NCBI GenBank assembly: GCA_001724265.1
Contig: MEDY01000118.1
Span: 1-64,000, forward strand
Direction: 5' to 3'
Origin: Rhizaria sp. SCN 62-66
Taxonomy: Eukaryota
DNA length: 64,000 nt
How positions within the stretch are numbered: the first letter of the stretch is position 1; each line of letters starts with the position of its first letter. Below the pieces are notes generated by a model, which searched no databases, was not told the origin of the DNA, and was given only the letters and a program-made list of their open reading frames with translations. This document shows, in pieces, positions 11,801 to 24,272 of the stretch. The translations under genes and the position numbers were made by a program.

Positions 11801-14361
11801 GGTCCGCGTGCTCCGCCACGTGCGGCTCCGGCAACCGCACGCGCTCGGCATCGTGTTTCACGTCGCAGGGCGTGCTCGTCACAGATCCCAGCATCTGCAA
11901 CAGCGACGAGCAGGCCGGCGGCCAGCCTGTGCTGCAGAGCAGCTGCACTTCCTATGTTGGCTGCAGCTGGAGCTACGGCGACTGGAGCGCGTGCGCGTGC
12001 AAGGCCACGGCCAGCTCCGCGGAACCCAACCGCACGCGCACAGCTTCGTGTCACGACACCGCGGTACGTTTCGATGTCGATCGACTTTCACTATCAAACT
12101 CACATGATTTCTTGATATAAGACATCATTTTGGATTATTATTGCGTATTTAAACATTAAATCTTATCTGTATGACTTATTATGCGTCTTCTTTTGGTTCG
12201 CCTTTCTGCAGGGTGCGACGGCGGATACGTCAAAATGCACCGACACGCTTGGCGCCGCCACTGTCTCCGAAGTCTGCTCCGGCGCCCCCACGTGCTCGGC
12301 AACGATGCAGCCGACGTGGTACGCCGCGAGCGAGAACGCCACCGACACGTGGGGCGAGTGCTACGGCACCTGCGACTACGGCGTGCGCGAGCGCACCGTG
12401 ACGTGCCGCTTCTCCCCGATCGCGGGCCCCGCTGCGGTTACGGACGCGCTGCTCGCAGACTCGTTCTGTGACCCCTTGACGAAGCCCGCCGTCGCGCAGC
12501 GCTGCGCCATTACGGCCACGTGCCAGAGCAACGATGTCTCGTACACATCAGGCACGTGTGTGCCCGTAGCGGCGGCGCGCTCCAACGGCGTCGCTATCGA
12601 GACCACTCTCAAGATGGGCCAGTGTGAGTGCATCAACGGCCACTCTGGACCCACGTGTCTGTCGGCGCCAGTGCTCAACTCGGCTGCGGCGCAACCCGCC
12701 GGTGGTCTGGCCAAAATTGTGCCCGGTGGACAGATGAAGGTCGTATGGGCGTTCAACGGCATCACCGGTCAGAAGGTCTACGTTACTTCGCGTGAGGTAC
12801 GTCGGTTTTTGCAAAATGAAATTCTGTGATTCCCATATTGCGAAACGTTTTCAATATTCAACGGTTTTATTGCGTTTATTCACGTATTTCTTTCGTTGAA
12901 CTCACAAATATTTACTGTCACATCTTTTTGATCTGACTTTCTTTGTTCTTATTCGCTCACTCTCAGCCGAGTACCACTAACCCTGTCGTGGTGGCTCTGG
13001 CGACGGAGGTGACCGCGTCTTCCAACGGCGTGACCGTCACTGTGCCTGATGCACTCGCCCCCGGCTCCTACTCCATCCGCGTTCATATCTCCTCCGTCGT
13101 ATACTCCGAGGCCCGGTACACAATCTCCTCCAAATGCGGCGTCACCGTCGACTGCGGCTCCCACGGCCAGTGCGCTGAGGCCACCGGCGTGTGCACGTGT
13201 ACCGACGGCTACAGCGGCGCAACGTGCTCGCTGTCCCCGTGCGCCGCCGCCGAGTGCAGCGTCGTCGGCACCTCGTCCTGCACCGTCTCGGGCACGACCG
13301 CCACCTGCAACTGCAACAGCAACTACATCGCCGGCTCATACCGCTGCCTCTCGCCCAGCTTCTGCTCCAGCGCCGCTGCGTGTCAGAACGGCGGCGTGCG
13401 CGTCGCGACCGAAGGCACCACGCAATGTGGCGACTGCCGCTGCTTTGGCAACTGGCGCGGCAAGGCTTGCGAAGAATGTGGTTTTAACTGCCGCAACGGT
13501 ATTGACAACGGCTGCGCCACCTGCGAGTGCTCGCCGGGCTACATCATCGGCCCCTCGGGCGCCTGCACGTGCCGCTACACGACTTTGAACGTCGTTTTTG
13601 CGCTCTCAACGGTGCCTTATTTGTTCACCGACGCGACCCGCAGATCGGCGTGGCACACCGCGCTTCAGAATGACGTGCGCCTCAACCTGGACCCCACCGC
13701 GACGACTGCGTTCGCGGCGACCGTGAGCTCATACACCAAGGTGCGCTCGGGCGGCGTCGACCTCGTGCAGTACGCGCTGCGCGTGCGCACGTGGTGCGAC
13801 CCCACGTACGAGTCAGGCTTCACGGTGCTGGACAACACCGACCAGGACCTGTTACTCTACGGCGCCTACCAGAAACTCGAGACGCTCAAGGCGGCCGTGG
13901 TAGCGGGCACTCTGTCGAGCGACACGCCGCTGGGCATGGTCTACCAGGCCACTGGCGTCGGGCTCACCGACACGGCCTGCGTCAAGAGCTGCCCCGTCTC
14001 CGCGGGCCTCGGCGGCGTCGCGGTGGCCGACACTGTGGACGAGGGCGAGGAAGAAGTCAAGGACGAAGACTCGGACTCGGGCGGCAACACGCTTGCCATC
14101 GCGCTCGGCGTCGCTCTCGGTGGCGCTTTCCTCATCACACTGATCGTTCTCATTGCGCGTTGCCGCGGCTGCTGTTGCTTCGCGTCGCAATTGCGCCCCG
14201 CTCGCCGGGAGCAAAAGGTCCACAGCAACTACGGCAGTCGGACTAACAGCCGCGAGCGCCGGCCGCAGGGTACGCAGATGAGCTCGCGCAACAGCAACCG
14301 TCCGTCGACGGTGTGGACACCGCGCGACTACGACGTGCCCAACACGCCGTGGAACGTGTGA
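8872..14361 (+). CDS. Large Cys-rich type I membrane protein: signal peptide, about 14 TSP1-like modules, EGF-like repeats, a beta-sandwich-like segment, one TM helix and a short tail; exons 8872-12063, 12212-12796, 12967-14361 (1723 aa)
   Basis: N-terminal hydrophobic LLLVFAVLVTFCFA; WSSCSVTCGFGVQQR, WSACSATCGSGNRTR and WGECYGTCDYGVRER TSP1 motifs; CGSHGQC...CTCTDGYSGATC EGF motif; TM LAIALGVALGGAFLITLIVLIA. Two phase-0 GTACGT introns. Confidence 0.9.
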
Positions 14362-15101
14362 GTGCGACGGGTGAACGTTTCAATCGTCGTCGTCATAGTC
14401 ACGTTTGACGATGTTTATATATGCATGTATCTTCTCACATGTGTCATAAACGGATGAAGTGATGGCCAGAAAATGATGCGCTTGATGTCATACTTGGCTT
14501 TTGGCTTTTGGGGACTTCTTTCTCACCCGCTAACTGCATTCTTTGCCAGAAGCTAACATTATCTTTTCCTAATAAGCTTACTAGTATTGTTTCCTCGTTA
14601 TGTCGCATGTTAAACCGTATGTTATTAGTTTTTATTTTATCCGTAACCGCCTCGCCTTGTGTTTGGGCAATGCGTTCCGTAACCGTACGTTGTTGCTGTG
14701 TGAGCTTGTTTTAGTACTGAGCTCCACCGACGTATGGTTTCAATGACTTCAAACTTACTTTACCGATGCTATTCTGGCAACCCCGATCATCCGATGCTAT
14801 CTCGTGATGTTATTACTCTGTAGCTCTTTGGTGATGCTGCTTAGTTCGACTTCCTGCGAGAGCATATTTACGTGAACAGCTCCAGCTACTGGCGTTGTCA
14901 GCAACATCAAACGTCATTAGTCAAATCTTGTGACACTGTCCCTTTATCAGATGTTAATTAGTCCGTTTAAATCATGTTGTCTCGAAATAATACAGTGTAC
15001 ACAATTTACATTGACATTTCTAGAGTAATCCTTTTAACTTCCAATACATTGTAACTAATAAGCTTACATTGTAAGTACTGTTCATGCGAGTTAGTGTTGC
15101 G

Positions 15102-15246
15102 TCCATTTGCCATTGAGAATCCATTTGCCCATTGAGAAGGCATCTGTTGAACGACCTGCTGAAGCAACTCGACAACAACTTGATGGGGCCGATGCTGCTC
15201 GTGTGATGCTGCTCGTGCGGCCGACGCTGCTCGTGTGGCCGATGCT
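15102..15246. repeat. Two short intergenic tandem repeats
   Basis: tccatttgc(c)cattgagaa occurs twice at 15102-15138, and (ggcc)gaYgctgctcgtgY about 3.5 times at 15187-15246. Confidence 0.75.
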
Positions 15247-15960
15247 TATGATGTCATGAATCTGTATGTAAGTCCTGCTTACCAGTATCACAGCATGTGT
15301 GAACTAGCTTGTGTGAACGGAGACGCTCCACGCTTCCTACAGAAGAAGGTCGCCGCAAGCGCAACCAAATGGACGTCGTACTCTCTGTTTGTCGTGTTAC
15401 CAGGCGGCTCATTACGAAAAGTCGTTTTTTTTCGCCATGACAAAAAGGTATTAACACTCTGGTTAAGGGTAATAGCTGTACGACAAACCTTGAGAAACCT
15501 GAGGCTTGATATGACGCACGTGTACCGCTGCGAGGACAGTAAGTTCGGCAAAATTCGACTATATTCGAGTTCTCGCTTGCTGTGCTATATGATGAAATTG
15601 CGAGCAAAGCGGTGGAACTTAGCGTCGTCGCTGGCTCAGAATCGCATCTTTATCTCTAATCAACCCGTTTTTTCGTTGGTTTGCTTTTACAACTACGGAC
15701 TATAGCGAGCCTTTATTTGAAAATCGAAAACTAACATCAACATTAATAAGTTTCATCAGTACGAACATTCAAAACAAGTCTACAATGTATTCCTATCGAT
15801 AACATCAGTCTTAACAAAATCACAATTTCAATATCTATCATACATTTGCTACGGTTAAATCTTCAGTTAGTTTTCCCATATCGCACGGGACGAAACATCG
15901 GTTGCGCTCAAGCTGCGGCATGACCGCCAGCCATTCATCATATCAGCAACGTGTGATTCT

Positions 15961-18900
15961 TTACAGATTGGGCCTGCGCGCGTTGCTCTTGCCCCCAGCT
16001 CCGCCCTTGGCGGCAGCGGCGGCGTCAGCAGTGACGGCCTCCATGTTGTACTGGTCCTTAAGCATACCGCGCCGAGCCCTGCAGTTAACGAGCTCCTTCT
16101 TGCAGTACTCGATAATCTCGTCATACCGCGGCTCGCGCGAGTTCAGGTTTTTGGCAATGTTGTAACGCGCGATGATGTAGTCCCACGACCCGGGGTTGTT
16201 GAACGCGCCTTCCTGCGACATGATGCTCTCGGCAAGGCGCTCGTGGCGCAGCGCCTCGGCCACACGCATGCGGCGCATCATGGCGTTGCGGCGCGCGTCC
16301 TGCGCCTTGAACAGCGCGCGGAAGCGGGCCAGTGCGCCGGCCATAGACATCTCCACGGCGTCGGCCTGCGAAAGCAGTCCAGCGTCAAGACCCGCGTTGA
16401 ACATGGACATGTAGAGCTCGAGCAGACGGATGCAGCCTTCGTACTGGCCCGACCGCTCGTACATGGGCAGGTAGACCTGGATGAGGTTGTCAAGCTGCGT
16501 GATGAGCACCAGCGCACGCTGGCCTTCGTCGAGGTAGTTGTAATCGCGGTCGCGGTCCATTTCTTCCTGCGTACGACCACCGATCCACTCCGTCCACTGC
16601 TTGCGGCCGCCGTAGAGACAGTTGTCGATCTGCTCGGCCGTCACGCCGTTCTTTTTCTCACTGGCCGCCCGCCGCGCGAGCTGTTCAATAAGCGGCAGCA
16701 GGTACACGTCCGCAGTGATGCCCGCGGCGAGGTCGGGCGCGCCCGCCTTGGAGCGTGCGCGCTGCACGCTGCGGCGCCGGCGCTGTTCCGAACGAGAGAT
16801 GCCGCTCTGCGAGGCGTCCGTGTCGCCGTCGCGGCTCGCCGTGCCGTGCCGGCTGCGGCGCGTGCTACTGCCCGCGCTCGTCCCGCTGGGCCCGTCTAGC
16901 CCCGATTTGGACGCGTCAGTCTGCGAAAAGTCCGTCTGCGAGAGTTCAGAGCGGGAGCGGCGCGAGGAGGAGCCGCCGCGGCCGTGGTGCGACTCGCTGA
17001 AGTCGCCCGTCTGGCTGTAGTCGTCGGGTCCCGCGCCGCTGCGACTCGTCCGCGAGCGCGAGTTGCGGCTGTTGCGCGACGCGTCGTTGTTCGTTTGGCT
17101 CGCGCCCGTGCGGCTGTTGCCGCTCTTGCCATTGTTCGTCGTCGTGTTGGTCTGCGTGCCGCTGGTCTTGCTCGACTCCGTCGCCGAATCGTCGCTGTAG
17201 CTGTCGGACCACGCCGAGTTGCTCAGGTTGCTCGTGCCGCCCGTGGTGCTCTCACCGTACGTGCCCGTCGTCGCGCTCGCCGACCCGCGGCCGCGGCGCC
17301 GGCGGCGCTGTCTCTGCCGCTGCTCGCGCTGGATCGCCGCCCGCAGCGCCAGCCCCTGCTCGCCGAAGACGTTGAACCGCGAGTGGTAGTCCTCCTTGGC
17401 GCCCTGCGAGAGCAAGTACTCGACGACAAAGAGCTGGCCGTAGAGCATGGCGGACATGACGGCGGAGAGCCCGTCCACGTGTTGGTGGTCAATCCACTGC
17501 ACGCCGCGCTCTATCAGCGCCATCGCGGTGCGCGTGCTCGTGTTGCCATTGATGCCGCCCGCGCCGCCGGTGTTGTTGCCGTGTGCGGCAGCCGCGGCCG
17601 GGTCGGGCTCCGGCGGCGGGTTGCGGTGCGCGTACTCAATCAGGAAACGCACGATGTTGAGGTAGCCGTTATTGCCGGCAATAATGAGCGCGTTCTCCTT
17701 GCGGTGGTTGGTCTCGTAGATGGACGGCGCGCGCTCGCCCTGCCAGTACGTGCCGCCGTGCTTCTGGTGGTAGAGCTTCTTGCTCGTCTCCCAGTGCAGT
17801 ACGAAAAACTCGACCAGGTGCCAGTGTCCCAGCGACGCGGCCGCCAGCAGCGGCGTCCAGCCGGACTCGTAGTGGATCGGGTAGGGGTGGTTCAGCTCCT
17901 CGACGAGGAAGCGCACGAAAGCGTAGTCGCCGCGGTGGGTTGCGACGTGGAGCGGGGAGAAACCGTCACGGTCGACCAGCGTGAGGTCGATCTTGGGGTG
18001 GATCAGCGTCAGCAGACGCGCGATGTCGAGGTACCCGCGCTCGGCGCAGACCAGGAAGAGCGAGTCTTTGCTCACTGGGTCCTGGTAGTTGACGTAGGGC
18101 GCGGACTGGGCCTTTTCGATGGAGAAACGCGTCAGCAGCACGGAGTAGACTTCCTTGAAGAACTCGTCATCCTTGTCCAGCGCCGCGCGATCCTGCTGCA
18201 CATAGGCAATCAGGTGCGCGGAGGTCGTGAGACGAGACAGCGGCACGTCGTTGCCGGAGACGGCGAGCTCGCGCGCGTCGCGAACCTTGCGTGCGAACGG
18301 CGTGGGCTGTGCAAACAGCTGCTCCTTGAGCGAGCGAATGTGCTTTTCGGCCTTGGTCGCAGCCGTCTTGTTCTCCTCCTTGATCGTATCGTCGTCCTCC
18401 TGCGCCGCCAAGTGCGAGCGCGCAGTGGCCTCGCGGTACAGCCGGCCCTCGCGCTGCGCGTCGGCCCTGGCGTTGCTGGCAAAGCGGCGCGAGTTCTCCA
18501 GCCGCAGCCGCGCCGCCTTGCGTCCGCCCGCGGTGCTGCGGCCCTCGCCGCCGGCGCCAGAGCCAGCACTAAGGTCGCCATCATCGTCGTCCTCGTCGTA
18601 GGTGTCGTCGTCGTAGTCGCTGCGGTCACTCCGGTCGCCGTCCTCGTCCTCGTCCGAGGCATGCTGCGAGCCCGACTGCGAGTAGTCGTCGTACTCGCTG
18701 TCGTCGGTGTAGTCGCTGCCGTCCTCGCCCCCGCTCGCGTTGCTTACACTGCTGGGGCCGCGGACGTAGATGTCGCCCTCGTCGAGAGACTTCTTCGGTC
18801 CAGGCGCGCCCTCGACCTCGTCGTCGTCGTCGTAACCGCCGCGGGAGTTGCGGCGGCGACGGCTGTTGCTCGCGTCACCGTTATTGTTGTTGTTGTTGTT

Positions 18901-21042
18901 GTTGTAGTCGTTGATGCTCTGCTGCGCACGCGCGCGATCGGCGCCGTCCTCGCTGTCGCTGCTGTCCGAGCTAGAGCTGCTGCTGTTGCTGGAGCTGGAG
19001 TCCGCGTCGGAGTCCTCAGGCCGATACTCCTGCGCCTGTGGTGGACGGGGACGGCGGGCCCCCGCATCGCTGGCCTTCTTGGCGTCGGCGTTGTTGAGCA
19101 GGGTGTCGCGCGAGTTGTCGTTGTAGTTTGCGTAGTAGTCGTCGGCATCGAAAGTCTGGCTCTTGCCACCGTTGGCGTCGGCAGCCGCGCTGGCGTCTTC
19201 AGCGCGGGGAGTCTGGTCGTCGGCAACAAAAACGGTCCCACGTTGCTGCTGCTGTTGCTGCTGTTGCTGCCGTGGCTCGCGTTGCTTCTCTTGCTTCTGC
19301 TCCTTCTTTTCCTTCTTCTCCTTCTTCTCTTTCTTCTCCCTCTTGTCCTTCTTTTCCTTCTTCTCGTCGCCGCTCTTCTCCTTCTGGCTGGCCTTCATCT
19401 GCTTTTTGAGCTCCTTGCGGCGGCGCTCGAGTTCCTGCCCCGCCCTCTCGACGCGCTGCCGCTCCTTAGCAGCCTCCAGCTCGGCCGCGCGGGCGGCGAC
19501 GACCTTGGCCCGCAGCTCCGCCTCAGCCTTAGCCTTGGCTTTCTCCTCCTCCTCCTTCTGCCTGGCCAGCGCGGCCGCCGTCGTGCGCATGCGGGCCTGC
19601 GCGGCCTCGATGAGCCGCTTCTGCTCCTCTTCGGTGCGTTCCGGCTGTCCCGGGCGTCGGCGGCGCGCCGAGCTGGCCTGCGCGGCAGCCTCCTGCGCGT
19701 CGCTGTAGGCGCTGCGCACGGCGCGGCGCTCCAAACGCAGGCGCGCGGGCGCCGGCGCCGGCCCGGCGGGCACGGGCGTCGGCTTCGGCGCATTTGCAGC
19801 CGCAGCGGGGGCAGCAGCACCAGCAGCACCAGCAGCACCAGCAGCAGCACCGGCGCCAGCGCCAGCAGCACCAGCAGCAACAGCGTCAGTAGCAGTCGCA
19901 GCTGATGGGGTTGCGCCAGCGGGGGCATTCGCATCACCAGCAGCAGCGGGGCCGGCAGCGGAGGCAGCGGAGTCTGTGCTATTGGCCTCAGACGGCGCGC
20001 CCACAGTTGCAGTCGCCGTCGCAGCAGCGCCAGCAGCAGCGGCACCGGCGGCCGCGCCAGCAGCGGCGGACTCGCCCTCAGTAGCGCTCGCAGTCGCATT
20101 GCCACTGCTCGCAGCAGACTCTGCGTCGTCGTCGTTCCTGAGCGAAGTCAGCAAGCCACCGCCAGCGCCGTGCTTGGCCTCGAGAGCGGCCTCCGCCTGC
20201 TTCTTGCGGTACTGGCGCACGAGCTCGTCGGTGCGCATCTCCTCCGTGCGGGCCTCGACGCGCGCGGCGAGAGCGGCGACGCGGGCGTCCTCGTCGAGCT
20301 CGTCCTCGATGTCGTCTTCGTCGTCCTCGTCCTTGTCTTGGTCGTCACCGTCGCCGTCGTCGCGGTCGCCGTTGTCGTCCTTGGGAAAGCTGGAGGAGCC
20401 GGCGCCCGAGGCGTCCGAGGCCGCGAACGCGAGCGACGATGCCGCCGACGCGAGGGACCCGCTGCGGCTTGCATTCGAGACAACAGGGCGCCGCGGCAGG
20501 CGCGCCGCGCGCTGGTTCTGTGAGAAAGTCAGCACTTCGCCAGTCGAGGCGGCCGTGGCGAGCGTGCCGCGCGATGACAGCGCCGCGGGGTTCTCGTAGC
20601 CGTACTGCTGCTGTGCGTACGGGTTGTGTCCCACGTTGCTGTTGTTGTTGTTGCCATCATAGGGCAGCTGCTGCTGCTGGTTGGGGATAGCGACGACGCG
20701 GATCTCCTCGATGGCGCCATCCTTGCCCTTGCGCTTGGTGACGCCGCCAACGGCCGTGTCGACAGGACCGATGACCCCGTCGTCGCTGTCGCTCTCACTG
20801 ACGGCGGCCTTCTTCGCGGACTGAGCGTCGCGCGCGTTAGCGCGAGAAAGGACCTTTTGGACCACGTCGCGGCGCGAAAAGATCGACAGCTAAGCGCGAA
20901 ATCAAAAGGGTAGAAACAAACACAAATAGTAATAAATAAGCACGGTGAGAGCTCGAGACATAATATCGAGTCGGTGTTATGTACAAGGTATAGAGACGCT
21001 GGAGTGAACAGATTGGTTTCACGAGGGTTAGCAACGTACCAT
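15961..21042 (-). CDS. Ankyrin-repeat protein with long low-complexity acidic, Ala-rich and charged regions; exons 21042-21040 (ATG only), 20889-15961 (1643 aa)
   Basis: Ankyrin repeats GFSPLHVATHRGDYAFVRFLVE, GWTPLLAAASLGHWHLVEFFV, ENALIIAGNNGYLNIVRFLIE and GLSAVMSAMLYGQLFVVEYLLSQGA. ATG|GTACGT donor at 21039 and TTAG| acceptor at 20890 join in frame; an in-frame TAA lies upstream of the ATG. Confidence 0.85.
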
Positions 21043-22050
21043 AGTGTAACGAAGCGCGCTTGGCTTAGAAGCGGGTTATAGCCAAGGTTACCGTGCGTAG
21101 CGGGTAGCGTAGACACAGAGTCACGTTGGAGTCAAAGTGCAGAAGCTATAACAGCTATGCAACGGCAGTAGCGGCTGTCACAAGACACGGTGACAGCTCT
21201 CTGCTACCTGGCGAACAAGCTCAGCGGCTAAGCGCGCTGCAAAGCCAACAGAGCGATGTAGGGGTTACTGTTGTCGCTTGTGGGCGAGCAGACAGTGCGT
21301 GAAAAAAAAAGTCCCTGTACTGCTGCGCTGAAGAAGGTGGCAGCGGCTGAGACCGGAGTAGAGAGTGTGAAAGAAGGGACTGGCCCTAGAGTGCAAGAGA
21401 AGTGAATCGAAACACGCAGGCACAGACCTGTGTTACAACTCTATAGATACAGAAATAAGATATATTAACAACGGTAAGCAATCACTTCAAAAAATACCAA
21501 TACATTTCTCAACCATCGATCAAAAGTACATGTTATCTCTCGTCAAAGCAAGGAGGCAGTTGCTCAACTCAAGCTCCTTCGAGGTCGGTCTCGGACAGCT
21601 TCCCGAATTTTTAGGAACCCTGGCTGAGCAAGCACGTTGGAACGATATTGTGATGGCATAACAAGCATGAATGGGGATTTGCGTATTTGATTGGTGTATT
21701 ATGATCAATAAATTATCTTCGTATCCCACTACACAGGTTGCCAACAGAGAAAACAAACAAGAACGGCACACAGTGCTGCGAACATCCTCTTACTCTCTCC
21801 TCTTCTCTGTGTAGCTACTTGTCTAGTGACACCTGTTGCCGTTTACATGAAGCACTCGGTAACAACATCTCTCTACAAACAACCACAACAAGAAGAAGGA
21901 GAAAACAAGTTCCGCCACATCTACTGTTGTACTTGTTTAACTCAACTTCACTCACTCACCTCGTGACTTGTCCTTAAAAACTCAAAGAGCGACCTCTGAC
22001 TTAGCTTACTTAGCTGAAAGAAAAGACTCCTGGAAAACGGGTCAACATAC

Positions 22051-23387
22051 TTAGACGCGGCCAGCCTTCTTCATCTCCTCGAACATGTAGGTGCCGAGCT
22101 GGGCGGGGGACATGGACACCTTGATGCCAGCGGCCTCCATGGCAGCGATCTTGTCCTCAGCCTTGCCCTTGCCGCCGGAGACAATGGCGCCGGCGTGGCC
22201 CATGCGGCGGCCGGGGGGCGCGGTGACGCCCGCGACGAAGCCCACGACGGGCTTGCGGTTAGCGCCGACGTTGTACTTCTGCAGGTACGCCGCGCCGTCC
22301 TCCTCGGCAGCACCGCCGATCTCACCGATCATGATGATACCCTCGGTCTCAGGGTCCTCCATGAACTTGGCGAGGGTGTCGACGAAGTTGGTGCCGTTGA
22401 ACGGGTCACCGCCGATGCCGACGCAGATGGACTGGCCGAGGCCGACCGCGGTGGTCTGGTGAACGGCCTCGTAGGTCAGGGTGCCGGAGCGGGACACGAT
22501 GCCGATCTTGCCGGGCTTGTGGATGTAGGCGGGCATGATACCGATCTTGCACTGGTTGGGCTTGATGATACCGGGGCAGTTGGGGCCGATGAGGCGGGTG
22601 TGGGTCTGGGAGTTAAGCTTCTTGATGACCTTAACCATGTCCGACTGGGGGATACCCTCGGTGATGCACACGACGAGGGGGATCTCGGCCTCAATGGCCT
22701 CGATGATAGCCGCGGCAGCGCCGGGGGGAGGGACATAGATGACGGAGGCGTTGGCACCAGTCTTCTCAGCGCACTCCTTGACGGAGTTGAAGACGGGGAG
22801 ACCGAGGTGAGTGGAGCCGCCCTTGCCGGGGGACACGCCACCGATCATGGTGTTGCGGTACTCGGGCACGAGCAGGGTCTGCTCAGCGTGGAAAGTACCG
22901 GTCTTGCCGGTGAAACCCTGCGTCATGACGCGGGTGTTCTTGTCAACCCAGACCTTGGCTGTATATGCAGAAGGACCAAATGAAAAATGACATATTGAAA
23001 ATGACGCGGGAAGAGTGCAGCGGGAAGCATGACGAAGCAGATACGACAGGGTGGTGGCGACGGGTCGGAGAGAGTAGCGAGGGGCAAGACGGGAGCGGAA
23101 TTGAAACACGAAATTGAGATGAAAGATCGGTGAGACAAGAGTGCGGATTACGAAATTTAGGTAGCCAGCAAAGAGAAATATCTAGAAATTACACCGGTGA
23201 CGCAACACGGTATTGTGGGAAAGACAGGCAGAGCAGTTTCGGAGTCACGCTCGGAGCATCGAGTCGACTGGCCGGGCGAGTGAGCAGATTAAAAAGGGCT
23301 TTGTAGCGGGTGAACAAGAGACGTACCGGTCGAGGAAAAGAGACGAGCGCCACTCTTGGCGGCAGCCTGATGGATGCGAGAAAGCAT
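22051..23387 (-). CDS. SUCLG1: Succinyl-CoA ligase alpha subunit, mitochondrial; exons 23387-23327, 22958-22051 (322 aa)
   Basis: [35 protein letters not shown] and the phospho-His motif RRMGHAGA. Presequence-like [20 protein letters not shown] in exon 1. Confidence 0.97.
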
Positions 23388-24272
23388 GATCACCAAATAT
23401 ACTCCGATCGAAGTCAAGAGCCTTTTCGCCCTGTGCTCGAGACCTCTCGCTCGGCCTCCAACCCCGACCGCCCTCCGACCGACCGTCCCACCGCAGAGTA
23501 AGGGGCACTTTTTTCGGCCCCTGCCACACTTCGAGAGGTGAGTCAGGCTCGGTTTCCCGCTAAATTGTTGTTTGATACCTCTTGATGTTGGGAAAATAAA
23601 ACAAATTTGGGCTTTCCTGTAAAGAGAGATGCTAACAAATATTATCGCTAACGCGCATGTTCTTGGACACCTATCAAACCTGATAATTATAGCAGTGAAG
23701 ACGTTTAAGGGCGTATAGATTCCGTCATTGAAGGAAAGAACTGTGTATAACAACCGGTTATCGAGGTTTGATGAGAATAATATTATCATTTAGGGATAAT
23801 TGCGCGTATATCACGTCTTATTGACATTACGTGGCGTGCGCGCTCCCACGGACTACAATGGAATATATAAGCGCATTTCTGTTATCTGCCACAATTGCAA
23901 CACTCGCGAGCGACTTCAATAGATGCACATCAATAAATGCACAGATAGGACTTAGAAGTGGGTCGTGTGTGTAGCTAGTCGGATCAGAGATAAGACAGAA
24001 ACGCTTGGCTCAAGCCAAGCAACGGAGCAAATCACGACTATCGATTCACTTACAAAGCTGCTGGTTGTGTGCGGGACGGTGAGTGAACGAGCTCTCATAG
24101 CAGAGGACATGTTGTGCTGTGAGCTATGATGGTGACTGTGCGCGCGCATGCAAAGCGCGAGCTCATAGAGTGTTAGTATTGGCGAGCTGTGAAGATACTT
24201 AGACTCTACGTTGTTGTTGTGACTGGGATGATGTTGGGATTGGGAGTCAACTTAACCTAATGTAAGAGTTGT

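Noticed and set aside
15187..15246. Short repeats as a CRISPR-like array
   Set aside because: The units are directly tandem with no unique spacers, there are no cas genes, and the context is eukaryotic.
15235..15705. 156-aa ORF in the intergenic gap
   Set aside because: GTG start, no codon bias like the real genes, and no recognisable motif.
16984..19905. Very long antisense or alternate-frame ORFs (973 aa here; also 27994-29985, 48509-49741, 45838-46779, 6241-7419)
   Set aside because: They are shadows of GC-rich, codon-biased genes on the opposite strand, which naturally lack stops. Their translations show no motifs.
22959..23326. Unusually long SUCLG1 intron (368 bp) as a snoRNA host or hidden exon
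   Set aside because: No C/D box pair or clear H/ACA structure on the sense strand, and the flanking exons already join into a complete protein.
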